Source: a virus. From it: DNA of 58,857 bases. Under the pieces are notes generated by a model. The model was given only the letters and a program-made list of their open reading frames with translations, had not been told where the DNA came from and did no database searches. Where the stretch lies: the IMG/VR virus record IMGVR_UViG_3300045988_042242, positions 1 to 58,857 of that record. The stretch is one strand, 5' to 3'. Shown here in pieces: positions 5,740-15,174 of this stretch (positions within the stretch are counted from its first letter, which is position 1; each line of letters opens with the position of its first letter). Both the position numbers and the translations under genes were made by a program.

Positions 5740-8647
5740 ACTTGAATTTGCAGTAAAAACCGCCTGACCCAATTTCAAAACTTTCAATCGGTCGCGGATA
5801 TTGCGACAGAACTTCACAGTCGATATACCACTGACCTGATTTATATTCCGCTTTAGTGATACGGAACTTTGTTCCACGTTGCAGAATAATTTCGTTTTCA
5901 TGCGTTGTCAATGGCTTCGATGAACCGTCCCAAGACTTACCAGGTTTATATATTCCGTTGTCGTGCTTTCCTCCAAATTCAGAAAACGGTTCTGCGTATA
6001 TCAATCGCGTCTGCTTCGGACAATATATGTTCAGAATTACAGGCTTTGAACCGAAGTATGTGCTTTTGTTGTTTCCACAAGACATGAAACTTTCATCTAC
6101 ACCAATGCGTCCGACAAGTGCTGACGGGTTGCTTTCATAGAGTGATAAATCAGGGATGCCCCAACGATATTCAGCGCACCATGCACCTTCATCGCGCTTT
6201 ATCCAAATGTCATGCGTACAATAGCATCGTGATATGATATTTGTCATTTGTTCAACATCTCTTTCACTTTCGTCTTTTCGCGATGTATAGTAATGATAAT
6301 ATCCTTTAATAGCTCGAAGTGGTTCTGTTATGTAAGAACTTCCAGCGGTGTACTGATGCAATGCTTTCTTTTCTTCTGCTGAAGCGGCAAGCCATTGTGC
6401 TTTGGTGTTCGTTTCTTCAAAGTAGAAGTCATTCGCATCTGTGTCGTTCTTGAACCATTTTGCCGCATCTTTTCGTTCTTGTGTTCGTGTATCATCATCG
6501 AAGTCTATCTGATTGAGGTTTGTAACACCTTTTCCTTTCTTTGCATCGCGACGTGCCTGTGCTGCTTCGAGTGCTGCCTTTTTCTTCTCTGCTTCACTGA
6601 CATACATTTCTGCTTCAAACAAATTGTCACTTGTCAGATTTGTTTCTGCCTGTGCAATTAGTGATGCAAGTGTTGTCGCTTTTGTGTGCGCTGAAAGATA
6701 CGTCTTCAATATGTTGAGTTTCGCTGTCAACTCATTTACTTTCTGCTGATGCTTAACCTTTGCCAATTCTTGCATATATGCCGACTGCGAAACTTTCCAT
6801 GTCGGGTAAATGCTGTGCGGTTTCAGATATGTCGGGTCAGATACATACTTGATTTCATTTTCAAGTTTCTTGATTTGCTTGTCAATAGGCAAAGATGCAA
6901 TCTGTGCAAGTTTGTTCTGCACTGCATCGTGTGCTGCTTGAAGTTCTGACACTGTGAATTGGTCTGACCACTGCTTTGCGTTCGGGATAACTGAAGACAT
7001 TGACTGAAGTTGCTTCTTGATTGCCACAATCTGCTGTGCAAGTGCGCGTGTCTGCGTGTTGATTGCAGACAAGTTGCCTGTCTTCAGCGCGTCATTCAAA
7101 GAAGTGACTGCATCAGTGTCAACAGTGAAGTCTTTGTACTTCGATGTGACACCGATGACATTGCTTGCCGTCTTCTTGATTTGCTGCTGCTTCTTCGCCA
7201 TGACCTGTGCAAGCACACGTGTTTCGGCATTGATGATTGCCGTGTCACCTGACTGCACCGCCGCTTCGAGTGCAACAGTATCAAGACCGAAGTCTGCAAA
7301 GCGCGTGGTCGCTGTTTTAAGCACGTTCTGCGCTGTCTTTTTGATGCGTTCGATGCGAATACGTTCCGCTTCCGCTGCTTTCTTTTCAGCCGCGATGCGT
7401 TCTTGACGCTCCTGCCACTTCATACGTATCGCTTCTTCCTGTTCAGGCGTTCGGTTCGCGTGACGCTGTTCTGCGATTTCAAGCGGCGTCAGTTTCTCCT
7501 TCGGGTTCAATATGTCCTGTACTGCGTTGAAGTTGTTCCGCACAAAATATGGGTCAGTACCGATGTCGTGCGATGCAAGTATCTTGTCTTCGTTGTCGCG
7601 CACCCATTCTTTGAAGTTTTCAGGATATTGCGTGATGCGCTTTCCGCGTGGCTTGTATTCTTTTCCCTCAAGCATCGCTTCGTTCATCTTCTGTATTTCT
7701 TCTTCGTCCATAAGAATTGGCGTGACGAAACAGAAGCATTGAGGATGCCAGCCGTCAAAGACAAAATCGGGTGGATAGTCACCGGCTAACTTGTCACAGA
7801 TGTCTTTCTTCGGGTGATTGCGCGACAACTGAACGCGCTGACCGAGAACAAAGTCCATTTGCTGCCAACGTGTGTTATCTGCACGCCTGTACGCGATATT
7901 CGTTTCTGTGCGTGCTACACGCATAGCGTTCTGCGCTGAAGACTTGTAATAACCGGGACCCGTCCATTCGTCCTGATAACTGTCTTTGTCGTAGTCTATG
8001 AAATGCACTTTGCCGTCTTCACCGATGACACGCTTCTTCCACTTGCGCTTCCATTCGCCGGTTTCAGGGTCTTTGTATCTAAAACGGCGAAACATCAGGT
8101 CAGGGTCGTTCAGATACTTGCGCACGCTGCGCGACATTGTTGCTGCTGAAGTACCGTCACCGACCGCTACTGTGATAGCGACTTCCATTTCATCGCGTAG
8201 TTGTCTGCACGACTTCCATACGCGCTGCGATAGGTTCAGACCATTTTCGCTGCGTGCTATGAAAGCCGCCATTGCTGCTTCATTGCGCTGCGTCCAGGCA
8301 GAAAATTCAGGCGTTTCAAGTGCTTTCTTGCCAAAACAAGACTGAACAAGTTTGTCACATTCCGCGTTTGCTTGCGCCCATTCAAGTTTGACACCTGACT
8401 GTATCGCCATAGTCGCAACGCTGTGAAGTTGTCGAAGAAGACGCTCTACTTCGTGCTGTTTCTTAATACCGACAGTATCGAACGAGAACATTTCACCGTC
8501 CTCAAGTGTAGGCAGCGACTTGTTCAGCGCAAGAATTTCGTTCACGGTAGCCGCGAACAGCGTGCGCACACGTTCTGCATACGCTTCTGTGCGTCTGATA
8601 CGCGCAAGCGTGTTCTTCTTCGGGTCATTGTCACTTTTCTTTGCCAT
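5738..8647 (-). CDS. Minor head (Mu F / SPP1 gp7-like morphogenesis) protein with a long coiled-coil linker and a C-terminal ADP-ribosyltransferase toxin domain
   Basis: 969 aa. Mu F-type region: RVARTETNIAYRR...CDKLAGDYP...GWHPQCFCF. Two internal repeats of about 55 aa begin KKTAQNVL... and KKTASNVI.... The C-terminal domain carries R-S-E ART motifs: YTAGSSYITEPLR, WIKRDEG, SFMSCG and HENEIILQRGTKFRI. Confidence 0.85.
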   Translation of the reverse strand: MAKKSDNDPKKNTLARIRRTEAYAERVRTLFAATVNEILALNKSLPTLEDGEMFSFDTVGIKKQHEVERLLRQLHSVATMAIQSGVKLEWAQANAECDKLVQSCFGKKALETPEFSAWTQRNEAAMAAFIARSENGLNLSQRVWKSCRQLRDEMEVAITVAVGDGTSAATMSRSVRKYLNDPDLMFRRFRYKDPETGEWKRKWKKRVIGEDGKVHFIDYDKDSYQDEWTGPGYYKSSAQNAMRVARTETNIAYRRADNTRWQQMDFVLGQRVQLSRNHPKKDICDKLAGDYPPDFVFDGWHPQCFCFVTPILMDEEEIQKMNEAMLEGKEYKPRGKRITQYPENFKEWVRDNEDKILASHDIGTDPYFVRNNFNAVQDILNPKEKLTPLEIAEQRHANRTPEQEEAIRMKWQERQERIAAEKKAAEAERIRIERIKKTAQNVLKTATTRFADFGLDTVALEAAVQSGDTAIINAETRVLAQVMAKKQQQIKKTASNVIGVTSKYKDFTVDTDAVTSLNDALKTGNLSAINTQTRALAQQIVAIKKQLQSMSSVIPNAKQWSDQFTVSELQAAHDAVQNKLAQIASLPIDKQIKKLENEIKYVSDPTYLKPHSIYPTWKVSQSAYMQELAKVKHQQKVNELTAKLNILKTYLSAHTKATTLASLIAQAETNLTSDNLFEAEMYVSEAEKKKAALEAAQARRDAKKGKGVTNLNQIDFDDDTRTQERKDAAKWFKNDTDANDFYFEETNTKAQWLAASAEEKKALHQYTAGSSYITEPLRAIKGYYHYYTSRKDESERDVEQMTNIISRCYCTHDIWIKRDEGAWCAEYRWGIPDLSLYESNPSALVGRIGVDESFMSCGNNKSTYFGSKPVILNIYCPKQTRLIYAEPFSEFGGKHDNGIYKPGKSWDGSSKPLTTHENEIILQRGTKFRITKAEYKSGQWYIDCEVLSQYPRPIESFEIGSGGFYCKFK

Positions 8648-8879
8648 AGGGTAGGATTATGAATTGTTCGTCTTCTTCATCATCATCGTCTTCCTCTGCT
8701 TCCTCACAGTCTTCAGCCGGTGCATCAGATGCGTATGCTGTGAAGCCGCACGCGCGGCGTGCCTTGTCTTCAGCACCGACATAGATGCTTCTGAAGACAG
8801 GCACACCTAAAATGTAGAGTGTCGTTACTTCACCCGATTTTGTTTCTTTGGTATATTTGCAGATGACAGGCTTCATCAT
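8631..8879 (-). CDS. Hypothetical small acidic protein (82 aa)
   Basis: The ORF overlaps the portal stop and the start of the minor head gene. Poly-acidic tail EEAEEDDDDEEDE. Confidence 0.4.
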   Translation of the reverse strand: MMKPVICKYTKETKSGEVTTLYILGVPVFRSIYVGAEDKARRACGFTAYASDAPAEDCEEAEEDDDDEEDEQFIILPYGKEK

Positions 8880-10420
8880 TCTTCAGACTTCTTTTTCTTC
8901 TTGTTATCTTCTTTCTTCTTGCTTTCATCACCGTCTTCTTCGTCTTCTTCGTCTTCTTCGTCTTCGCTTCCGTCACCATAAGACTGCGCACCGGCACCGG
9001 CTGCATCGCCGAAGATAGACATTTGCTGCTGCTGTCTTTCTTCCTGTTCTGCTTTCAGACGTTCAAGTTCGCGTGTCACGTCTTTCACAAGTGGGTTCTG
9101 TTCAACTGACGTTTCGCGTGACTGAATACCGCCGTCATACGCTTTCAAGATGTTATCAATGTCATCAGACACATCTTCGCCGAACGGTTCTTGAAATTCG
9201 TGACCGATGCTTGCTTGTTCGCACTGTCCGTGAAGCGACACATCAAGCACGTTGCCGATGATAGCAAGCACAAGCGATGCTGTGCGGTCAAGCAATTCAT
9301 CGTGCTTTTCCTTTCGCTTTGATGCTTTAATGTCAGCCAACATCATAACCGTGCGAAGTGCTTTTGCAGACAGCGTTGAAAGCGACTTCAGCGTGTCAAG
9401 CGTGATGTGCGGTGTGAAACTGTTAGTCAGTATCTGATTTTGCAGCCATTCGATTTCGTCTTTCTTCGACTCCGGCGCACTGTCCCAAGTGACATAGTGC
9501 ATCGCGTCTGTTGTCTTCTGTCCTGACTTCACATAAAGCGATTTGCCGACTGCATCTTTTTCAGGCAAGTTCTTGATTGCATCTGCATCGAAGACTGCAA
9601 TCGGTTCTGCGAAGTAGTCGTTTGTGTCCGCTGTGCGTGAAGCAATCATTTCTTCGCGCTCGATAAGCGGTTCAACGCCGTGCCATTCTTTTTCTTGCTG
9701 AAACAGAATGATTGGTATCTTGCCTATCAGGTTCGGTTCTTCTTCAACGTCCCAACCGAGCATACCATGCTTGCAGCGATATATGATTTCGGGCGTGAAG
9801 ATGTCGAAGTGTTCAACGACCTTGTTTTCTTTCTCGCGCACGCGATAGCCCCAAGCAACACTGATAAGGTTTTCATATTGGTCAAAACGTGTGTATATGT
9901 CATCGCCCTTGCTTTTGGCAAGCACGCGAATTTGCACATCTGGTTCTCCTGTCTTGTCATCCTTGAAGACGCGGAACAACATCGCGCTTTCTGTTTCTGC
10001 TCCGGCAATACGCTTGCACTCGCGTATCTTGCTGTCAAAGCGCGTGCGCTTTATCACATCTTGGAACTTGTCGAAGACTGCATCTGTGCCGTCAGACAGT
10101 TGCGACCACTTGACAGGTCTGCCATACATGAACACAAGCGCGATTTCGTTGATGTACTGCTGATATGGAATTGGCAACTTCGCGACTGACACTTTCTTGC
10201 GCATCTTGCCTTTCTTGTCAGTCAGGATTTTGTCTTCACGCAACATTACGCTGTGAGTGCGTATGTTGTATTCTTTCATCGCTGCAAGTGCCTGTGCGCC
10301 GTTAGTTGTCATCTGACTGCGTACTGCGTCAATGTCACCCAGTGCAAGCAACTCGTCAAATTCTTGCTTTCTGCCAAGAATTGAGTTCATCGAATTTCGT
10401 AGAATGTCGAATAATACCAT
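8876..10420 (-). CDS. Portal protein (SPP1 gp6-like)
   Basis: 514 aa, immediately downstream of TerL. Size and general portal-like sequence fit, with an acidic/lysine-rich C-terminal tail. Confidence 0.8.
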   Translation of the reverse strand: MVLFDILRNSMNSILGRKQEFDELLALGDIDAVRSQMTTNGAQALAAMKEYNIRTHSVMLREDKILTDKKGKMRKKVSVAKLPIPYQQYINEIALVFMYGRPVKWSQLSDGTDAVFDKFQDVIKRTRFDSKIRECKRIAGAETESAMLFRVFKDDKTGEPDVQIRVLAKSKGDDIYTRFDQYENLISVAWGYRVREKENKVVEHFDIFTPEIIYRCKHGMLGWDVEEEPNLIGKIPIILFQQEKEWHGVEPLIEREEMIASRTADTNDYFAEPIAVFDADAIKNLPEKDAVGKSLYVKSGQKTTDAMHYVTWDSAPESKKDEIEWLQNQILTNSFTPHITLDTLKSLSTLSAKALRTVMMLADIKASKRKEKHDELLDRTASLVLAIIGNVLDVSLHGQCEQASIGHEFQEPFGEDVSDDIDNILKAYDGGIQSRETSVEQNPLVKDVTRELERLKAEQEERQQQQMSIFGDAAGAGAQSYGDGSEDEEDEEDEEDGDESKKKEDNKKKKKSEE

Positions 10421-10440
10421 TTTGATTTGATTTTTGAATG

Positions 10441-11919
10441 TTAGACGATATTGATGTTGTCATAATCTATGTCATCATCGTCTTCGTAAAGGTCATTGAT
10501 TGCATAGCCGAGTATATCGACAAATTCATCATGCGGTGCTGCCGGAAAGGCGCACACCTGGTCAAGAAAGTCTTCGTTCCAAGACCCTTCAACGATGAAG
10601 ACACGCCCACACTCAATGCGCGGTGACACAACACGCAATCTGACTTCTTTGTCATCAACAGGCACAGGCGTTTCAGTTACGTTCAGCGTTGACACTTCGC
10701 GAAGCATCTGAACGACACTGATGCCGTTTGCCTTTGGCTCAATATGCAAGACAGACTCTTTGTTGCCACAATGAGCGGCGATGTATTCAGGTAAGAAGCG
10801 CAACAGGTCGGGCATTTCTTTCCACACACTCTGCGCGTCATACAAGTATATGTTCTGACCGATGCGACACGCTGCAAGAACTCCTGACGGGTCGTTGTCG
10901 CTTTTCTGCTGCTTCTTCTTGTACGCTGTATCAAGATAGAAGTGCATCGGTTCACGGAAGCGAAGCGCGGTAAAGTCTGCGTAACTGATTTTGCGGAACC
11001 AATCACGCTTCACGATGTTACCGCCCTCAATGGTCGGTCGCTGCTGATACAGCGCACTAAATTCACGCGGCGCACGCTTCTTCTGCTTCTGAAGTTTCTG
11101 AAGTGAGTGCTTTTGAGGCCATAGCGCATCACCGATATGTCTTTCAGACTGAAGTTCGCCGTCATGCTCCTTTTCACAGATAGCCGGAATGACAACGACT
11201 GTCCATTCTTCGGGTTCTGCTTTCAGCAAGCGACCTGCAAGGTCATCTTCATGCCAGCGCGTCATTATGAACAACTGCTTGCTGTCATTGTGAAGACGTG
11301 TTGAAAGAACGGTGTTGTACCAATTCCACACACGCTGACGATAAGTGACGCTGTATGCTTCAGTGGCATCTTTCACAGGGTCATCAATGATTGCGATGTC
11401 AACCGGTGTACCTGTCAGACCGCCGCCGACACCTACTGCCTTGTAGAAGCCTCGATGTCCTACGGTTTCAAAGTAGTCAACATTGCGAAGATAGCCGCGT
11501 GAAGATTTGTCGTTGCGCTGCGTCATGCTTCCCGACAGGTATGTGTCCGGGAATATAGTATGATATTCTTCGCTGTCAATCGTTCGTTGTATCGAACGGC
11601 TGAACTGTTCTGCGAGGTCTGAAGAATATGAAGAACCGACAATCTTCAAGTCAGGGTCACGCCCCAACGCCCACGCCGGAAAGTTTCGCGATATGATTTC
11701 AGACTTGCCGTGCTGCGGCGGCATGAAAAGCATCAACTTCTTGATTTTGCCTTCAAACAACTTCTGACAGTAGTCTGCGATAAGAATGTGAAACCATTCT
11801 GCCTGATACTTTGGGTTCGCATATCCAAGAAAGCACGCAAAACGCTTCGGTGCTTCAAGCCGTAACTTGGTGCGCCGAAGTGTCATCAATCGTCTTTTTC
11901 TTTCTTGTTCTGTCATCAT
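10441..11919 (-). CDS. terL: Terminase large subunit
   Basis: 492 aa. Walker A-like PPQHGKSE, Walker B IAIIDDP, and a C-terminal RNaseH-like nuclease region (YLDTAYKKK...DPSGV). Confidence 0.9.
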   Translation of the reverse strand: MMTEQERKRRLMTLRRTKLRLEAPKRFACFLGYANPKYQAEWFHILIADYCQKLFEGKIKKLMLFMPPQHGKSEIISRNFPAWALGRDPDLKIVGSSYSSDLAEQFSRSIQRTIDSEEYHTIFPDTYLSGSMTQRNDKSSRGYLRNVDYFETVGHRGFYKAVGVGGGLTGTPVDIAIIDDPVKDATEAYSVTYRQRVWNWYNTVLSTRLHNDSKQLFIMTRWHEDDLAGRLLKAEPEEWTVVVIPAICEKEHDGELQSERHIGDALWPQKHSLQKLQKQKKRAPREFSALYQQRPTIEGGNIVKRDWFRKISYADFTALRFREPMHFYLDTAYKKKQQKSDNDPSGVLAACRIGQNIYLYDAQSVWKEMPDLLRFLPEYIAAHCGNKESVLHIEPKANGISVVQMLREVSTLNVTETPVPVDDKEVRLRVVSPRIECGRVFIVEGSWNEDFLDQVCAFPAAPHDEFVDILGYAINDLYEDDDDIDYDNINIV

Positions 11920-11933
11920 CGCTGTGAAATGCT

Positions 11934-12440
11934 TTACTTCATGTCGAGTTTTTCAAGACGCTTGATTTCTGCGTCAATATCTTCTTCGCTCATGTGTTCG
12001 TCTGCGTCACGCTTCGATACTGCGATATTTTCTTTCAGACCGAGGTCACGCGCAATGATGTTCGCGTTGTACAGACCCACGACCGCGCCGTCAAACTTCG
12101 TGTCGTAACAGTATTGCGTGATGCGTTCGATTACCGCTTCATAGTCTGCGCCACGCTTTCCGTTCGGAAGCGAATACCACCACTGATGCGTCATGCCAAG
12201 CCATCGCGTAACAAAGTCAAGTATCTTCGGCGGTCTTGCATACCGCTGTGTTCTGCGCTGCTGTCTGCGTTCGTCATTGCTTGTCTGATAGCGGTAGTTC
12301 GTTTCGACTTCGATTTGATTTTCTTCGAGGTCTGCGATGTACTTCTTGAACTCTCCGGCAAGGTCTTCAGGCGAATATCGTGCTTTGCGACCGCGAAGAT
12401 TTTCAAAAAGTCGCTTTGTGTCAGGATAGAAATGTGCCAT
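11934..12440 (-). CDS. terS: Terminase small subunit (putative)
   Basis: 168 aa, directly upstream of terL. Size and charged helical sequence are typical of small terminase subunits. Confidence 0.55.
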   Translation of the reverse strand: MAHFYPDTKRLFENLRGRKARYSPEDLAGEFKKYIADLEENQIEVETNYRYQTSNDERRQQRRTQRYARPPKILDFVTRWLGMTHQWWYSLPNGKRGADYEAVIERITQYCYDTKFDGAVVGLYNANIIARDLGLKENIAVSKRDADEHMSEEDIDAEIKRLEKLDMK

Positions 12441-12446
12441 ATCTTG

Positions 12447-13553
12447 TTACTTTTTAGGTTTTGCGACTTCTGTTTTTCCGATATATTCAAAAGACACGGT
12501 CAGTCTGTTGCGTGAAAAAGACCCTTTCAACTTTGCTGTTCGCACACCGCCGGAAACACGACCGATGCGCGTTGTCTTCCACTTCGGGTTATTGGCGCGT
12601 GAATGTATCATTGCAGGGTTCGATGTCGTGCTGATGAATGTCTTGCCCTCGTCACGGAATAGTTCTGCGATTGCGTCACTGAAGACGGTGCCGATACCAA
12701 CGCCCTGAAAGTCGGGAAAAACGACTGTGCGATGTTCTTTCCATGTGTTCTTCTTTATCGGGTGTGGGAATGGCAGTGCTGCACAGAAAGCGCACAATTC
12801 ACCGTTGCAAGTTGCGATGAAGACACGCGCTGCATGATTGAAGTTATAACTCAGATAGTGATGCTTCTTAAAGACGTTCCAAAAGTATTCTTTTCGTTTG
12901 GTCTCGTAGATTTCGATGCACAGTCCTGGTCGATTTTTTTTTTGCGCTTCAGCGTCAAGCAACTGAAACGTCATGTCATCTGTGTTGAATACCCAGTCAG
13001 GCATCAGCCAGTCCTGTACGTCATAGTGACACGTCACTGCGATGAACTTCTTGTCTTGCCGCCTGATTGCTTTCTGAATGGCAAGCGAGGAAACACGCGC
13101 CACGTTGCGGTCGACTACTGAAGTAAATTCATCGAAGACAAACATATCGCGCTTTTCAAGAATAGCGCGTGCGATGTCACAGCGCATTTTCTCACCGTTC
13201 GACAGAACTGCATACGGTTTCAGCCAACTTGGAGGACTGCTGAAGCCGACAGCGGTCAGCGTTGCAGCGATTTCTTTCACGGTCGCACCTTTTGGCATAT
13301 CGTCAAGAATGTTGTCGTGCGTCCAATCGAAGCCGTTGATGATGTCTGCATCAAACAATTCGTGCGCAATAGTAGTCTTACCGCTACCACTGCGCCCGAC
13401 AATCAAACCGATGTTCCACTTGTCAGGCAATTCGATGTTGCCTGTGAAGTGTTCTGTGACGTGCTGCTGTTGTAGGTCGTAAGTTCCGATGATAGACTGC
13501 ACGCGAAAACTATCAGTCGGCTGTGATGTCCTTACAATGTCAAAACTCGGCAT
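12447..13553 (-). CDS. ABC-type ATPase fused to a GNAT-like acetyltransferase domain
   Basis: Walker A GRSGSGKTT, ABC signature-like LSNGEKMRCDIARAIL, Walker B MFVFDEFTSVVD. The C-terminal half carries FQGVGIG (a Q/RxxGxG/A-type acetyl-CoA motif). An A10 tract (12934..12943) sits at the domain junction. Confidence 0.6.
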   Translation of the reverse strand: MPSFDIVRTSQPTDSFRVQSIIGTYDLQQQHVTEHFTGNIELPDKWNIGLIVGRSGSGKTTIAHELFDADIINGFDWTHDNILDDMPKGATVKEIAATLTAVGFSSPPSWLKPYAVLSNGEKMRCDIARAILEKRDMFVFDEFTSVVDRNVARVSSLAIQKAIRRQDKKFIAVTCHYDVQDWLMPDWVFNTDDMTFQLLDAEAQKKNRPGLCIEIYETKRKEYFWNVFKKHHYLSYNFNHAARVFIATCNGELCAFCAALPFPHPIKKNTWKEHRTVVFPDFQGVGIGTVFSDAIAELFRDEGKTFISTTSNPAMIHSRANNPKWKTTRIGRVSGGVRTAKLKGSFSRNRLTVSFEYIGKTEVAKPKK

Positions 13554-14092
13554 GAATATCCCTGGTCAATTAGTGTGTTATACAGTAGTTCTTGTTCTGC
13601 TTCATCTGCACAGTCGATTTCTATCTTGTACGACTGACCGATTTGGTCTGACAAGTCTTTCTTTTCTCCTTTGGTCGGAATGTCAAGCCCCCAATCGTCA
13701 AGCATATCGTCCGGCCACTCGTTGGCAAGCAAGTCCCAATTCCAATCACCGAAACCGTTGTTGTCGATGATTGTGTATGCCCGAAGACGCTCAACAGGTG
13801 TGTCAACAGGTACGATGACCGCCGGTGCTTCTGTGTGCCCAAGTTCTTGCATCGCTTTGTAGCGCATATTGCCGCCGATGATGATGTACTTGTTGCCACC
13901 AATCGGATAGACAAGTAAGCTGCGCCATGCGAGCATTTCGGGGTATTCTTCGATGTTCTTCTTCAGTTTCTCAAACTTCGCTTTCTTGATTGAACGTGGG
14001 TTCTGCGGCAGTCCGTCAAGTTGCCCCGTATTCGGTTCAATCTGCGACAACGGAAGCATTATCAGTTCTTTGTTGATGTCTTCTTTGCTCAT
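13532..14092 (-). CDS. ParB-like nuclease domain protein (186 aa)
   Basis: Start refined to the ATG at 14092 (MSKEDINK..., leader cattgcgtt). ParB N-terminal-like IIGGNMRYKAMQELG motif. Confidence 0.6.
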   Translation of the reverse strand: MSKEDINKELIMLPLSQIEPNTGQLDGLPQNPRSIKKAKFEKLKKNIEEYPEMLAWRSLLVYPIGGNKYIIIGGNMRYKAMQELGHTEAPAVIVPVDTPVERLRAYTIIDNNGFGDWNWDLLANEWPDDMLDDWGLDIPTKGEKKDLSDQIGQSYKIEIDCADEAEQELLYNTLIDQGYSCRVLTL

Positions 14093-14188
14093 TGCGTTCT
14101 GCTTTTGATGATGATATTTTTTAATGACTGCAAAAAATTGATGCCGCCAAAGCGTAATGTTCTGACAGAACACGTCTTTTGCATACTG

Positions 14189-14196
14189 CAAAGGTA
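14189..14196 (-). promoter_or_regulatory. -7 promoter box TACCTTTG (minus strand) for the packaging/late operon
   Basis: Plus-strand caaaggta is the reverse complement of TACCTTTG, just downstream (in minus-strand sense) of the early-operon terminator. Confidence 0.4.
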
Positions 14197-14199
14197 ATA

Positions 14200-14228
14200 A
14201 AAAAGTAGTGTTTGTTAGACACTACTTT
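14200..14228 (-). terminator. Intrinsic terminator ending the early operon
   Basis: Stem agtagtgt / acactact with a 6-nt loop, followed on the minus strand by a T-run (plus-strand aaaaaa). It lies after the stop at 14257. Confidence 0.6.
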
Positions 14229-14256
14229 GAGGAAAAATAAAAAACTGACAGAATTT

Positions 14257-14625
14257 TCACGCTTTTCGGGTCTGAAAGACGTATTTCTTGACAAGTTCGA
14301 TGAAGTCTTCAATGCTTCGCACGATTACATACTTGTAACCTTGTGCTTCGACTGCTTGCTGAAAACACTTCTGACTTTTCTGCTGTCTGCCTGTCTTTGT
14401 CTTGAACTCGATGCACAAGCCGTGATACTGTTCATTCGGGTACAGGAACAACACGTCTGCGACACCAGCCGTCACACCTTCTGCTTTCATTATTGCTGCT
14501 TCGATGCGTCTGCGACTTCCGCCGTTCGGTACTGCAAACATCAGCATTGCCAGGTCGGGGAACTGAAGCCTGAACCACTTGAAGCACGATTGCTGTATCT
14601 GACTTTCTATGTGTTTCATTGTCAC
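14257..14625 (-). CDS. VRR-NUC domain nuclease
   Basis: 122 aa. PD-(D/E)xK-like core GVADVLF...LCIEFKTKTG, typical of VRR-NUC. Confidence 0.65.
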   Translation of the reverse strand: MTMKHIESQIQQSCFKWFRLQFPDLAMLMFAVPNGGSRRRIEAAIMKAEGVTAGVADVLFLYPNEQYHGLCIEFKTKTGRQQKSQKCFQQAVEAQGYKYVIVRSIEDFIELVKKYVFQTRKA

Positions 14626-14631
14626 GCTGAT

Positions 14632-15075
14632 TTAGAACGGTAAGTCGTCATCTTTAGAGTTGCCTTGCTGTGGTGCTTGATAGCCATTTGCTCCGTATGC
14701 CGGTGTCACGCTGTTGTTCGGTTGCACGTCAGATGTTTGTTTTTTATCAAGAAGTTGGAAGTTTTCACCGATTATTTCTGTGACATAACGCTTGATGCCG
14801 TCTTTGTCATCATAACTTCTTGTGCGCATCTTGCCTTGAACGAAAAGCGATGAACCTTTATGCACATAGCGACCGATTACTTCAGCCGGTTTGCCGAAGA
14901 AAACGATGTTGTGCCATTCCGTGCGGTCTTCGACTTTTGTGCCATCTTGCCGCTGATAGCCTCGTTCTGTTGTCGCGATTGCGAAACTTGCCATTGCTGT
15001 ATTGCTTTGCGTCTGAATGATGCGCGGTTCATCGCCGACAAAGCCAATGACTGTTGCTTGATTGAAAGTTGCCAT
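14632..15075 (-). CDS. ssb: Single-stranded DNA-binding protein
   Basis: OB-fold N-terminus (ATFNQATVIGFVGDEP...), Gln/Pro-rich linker, and the canonical acidic tip DDDLPF. Confidence 0.9.
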   Translation of the reverse strand: MATFNQATVIGFVGDEPRIIQTQSNTAMASFAIATTERGYQRQDGTKVEDRTEWHNIVFFGKPAEVIGRYVHKGSSLFVQGKMRTRSYDDKDGIKRYVTEIIGENFQLLDKKQTSDVQPNNSVTPAYGANGYQAPQQGNSKDDDLPF

Positions 15076-15174
15076 ATTAACTGCTGTTATTAAATATGTC
15101 GTTGTATATATTATCTCTGTTATTATATTATATATTAACTTGAATATATCGTGCGTGCGCGTGAAGACACGTCT

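Noticed and set aside
8890-8970. Tandem 9-bp repeats (cttcttcgt) at the portal 3' end.
   Set aside because: They are explained by the poly-acidic DEE-repeat C-terminal tail of the portal protein and are not an independent DNA element.
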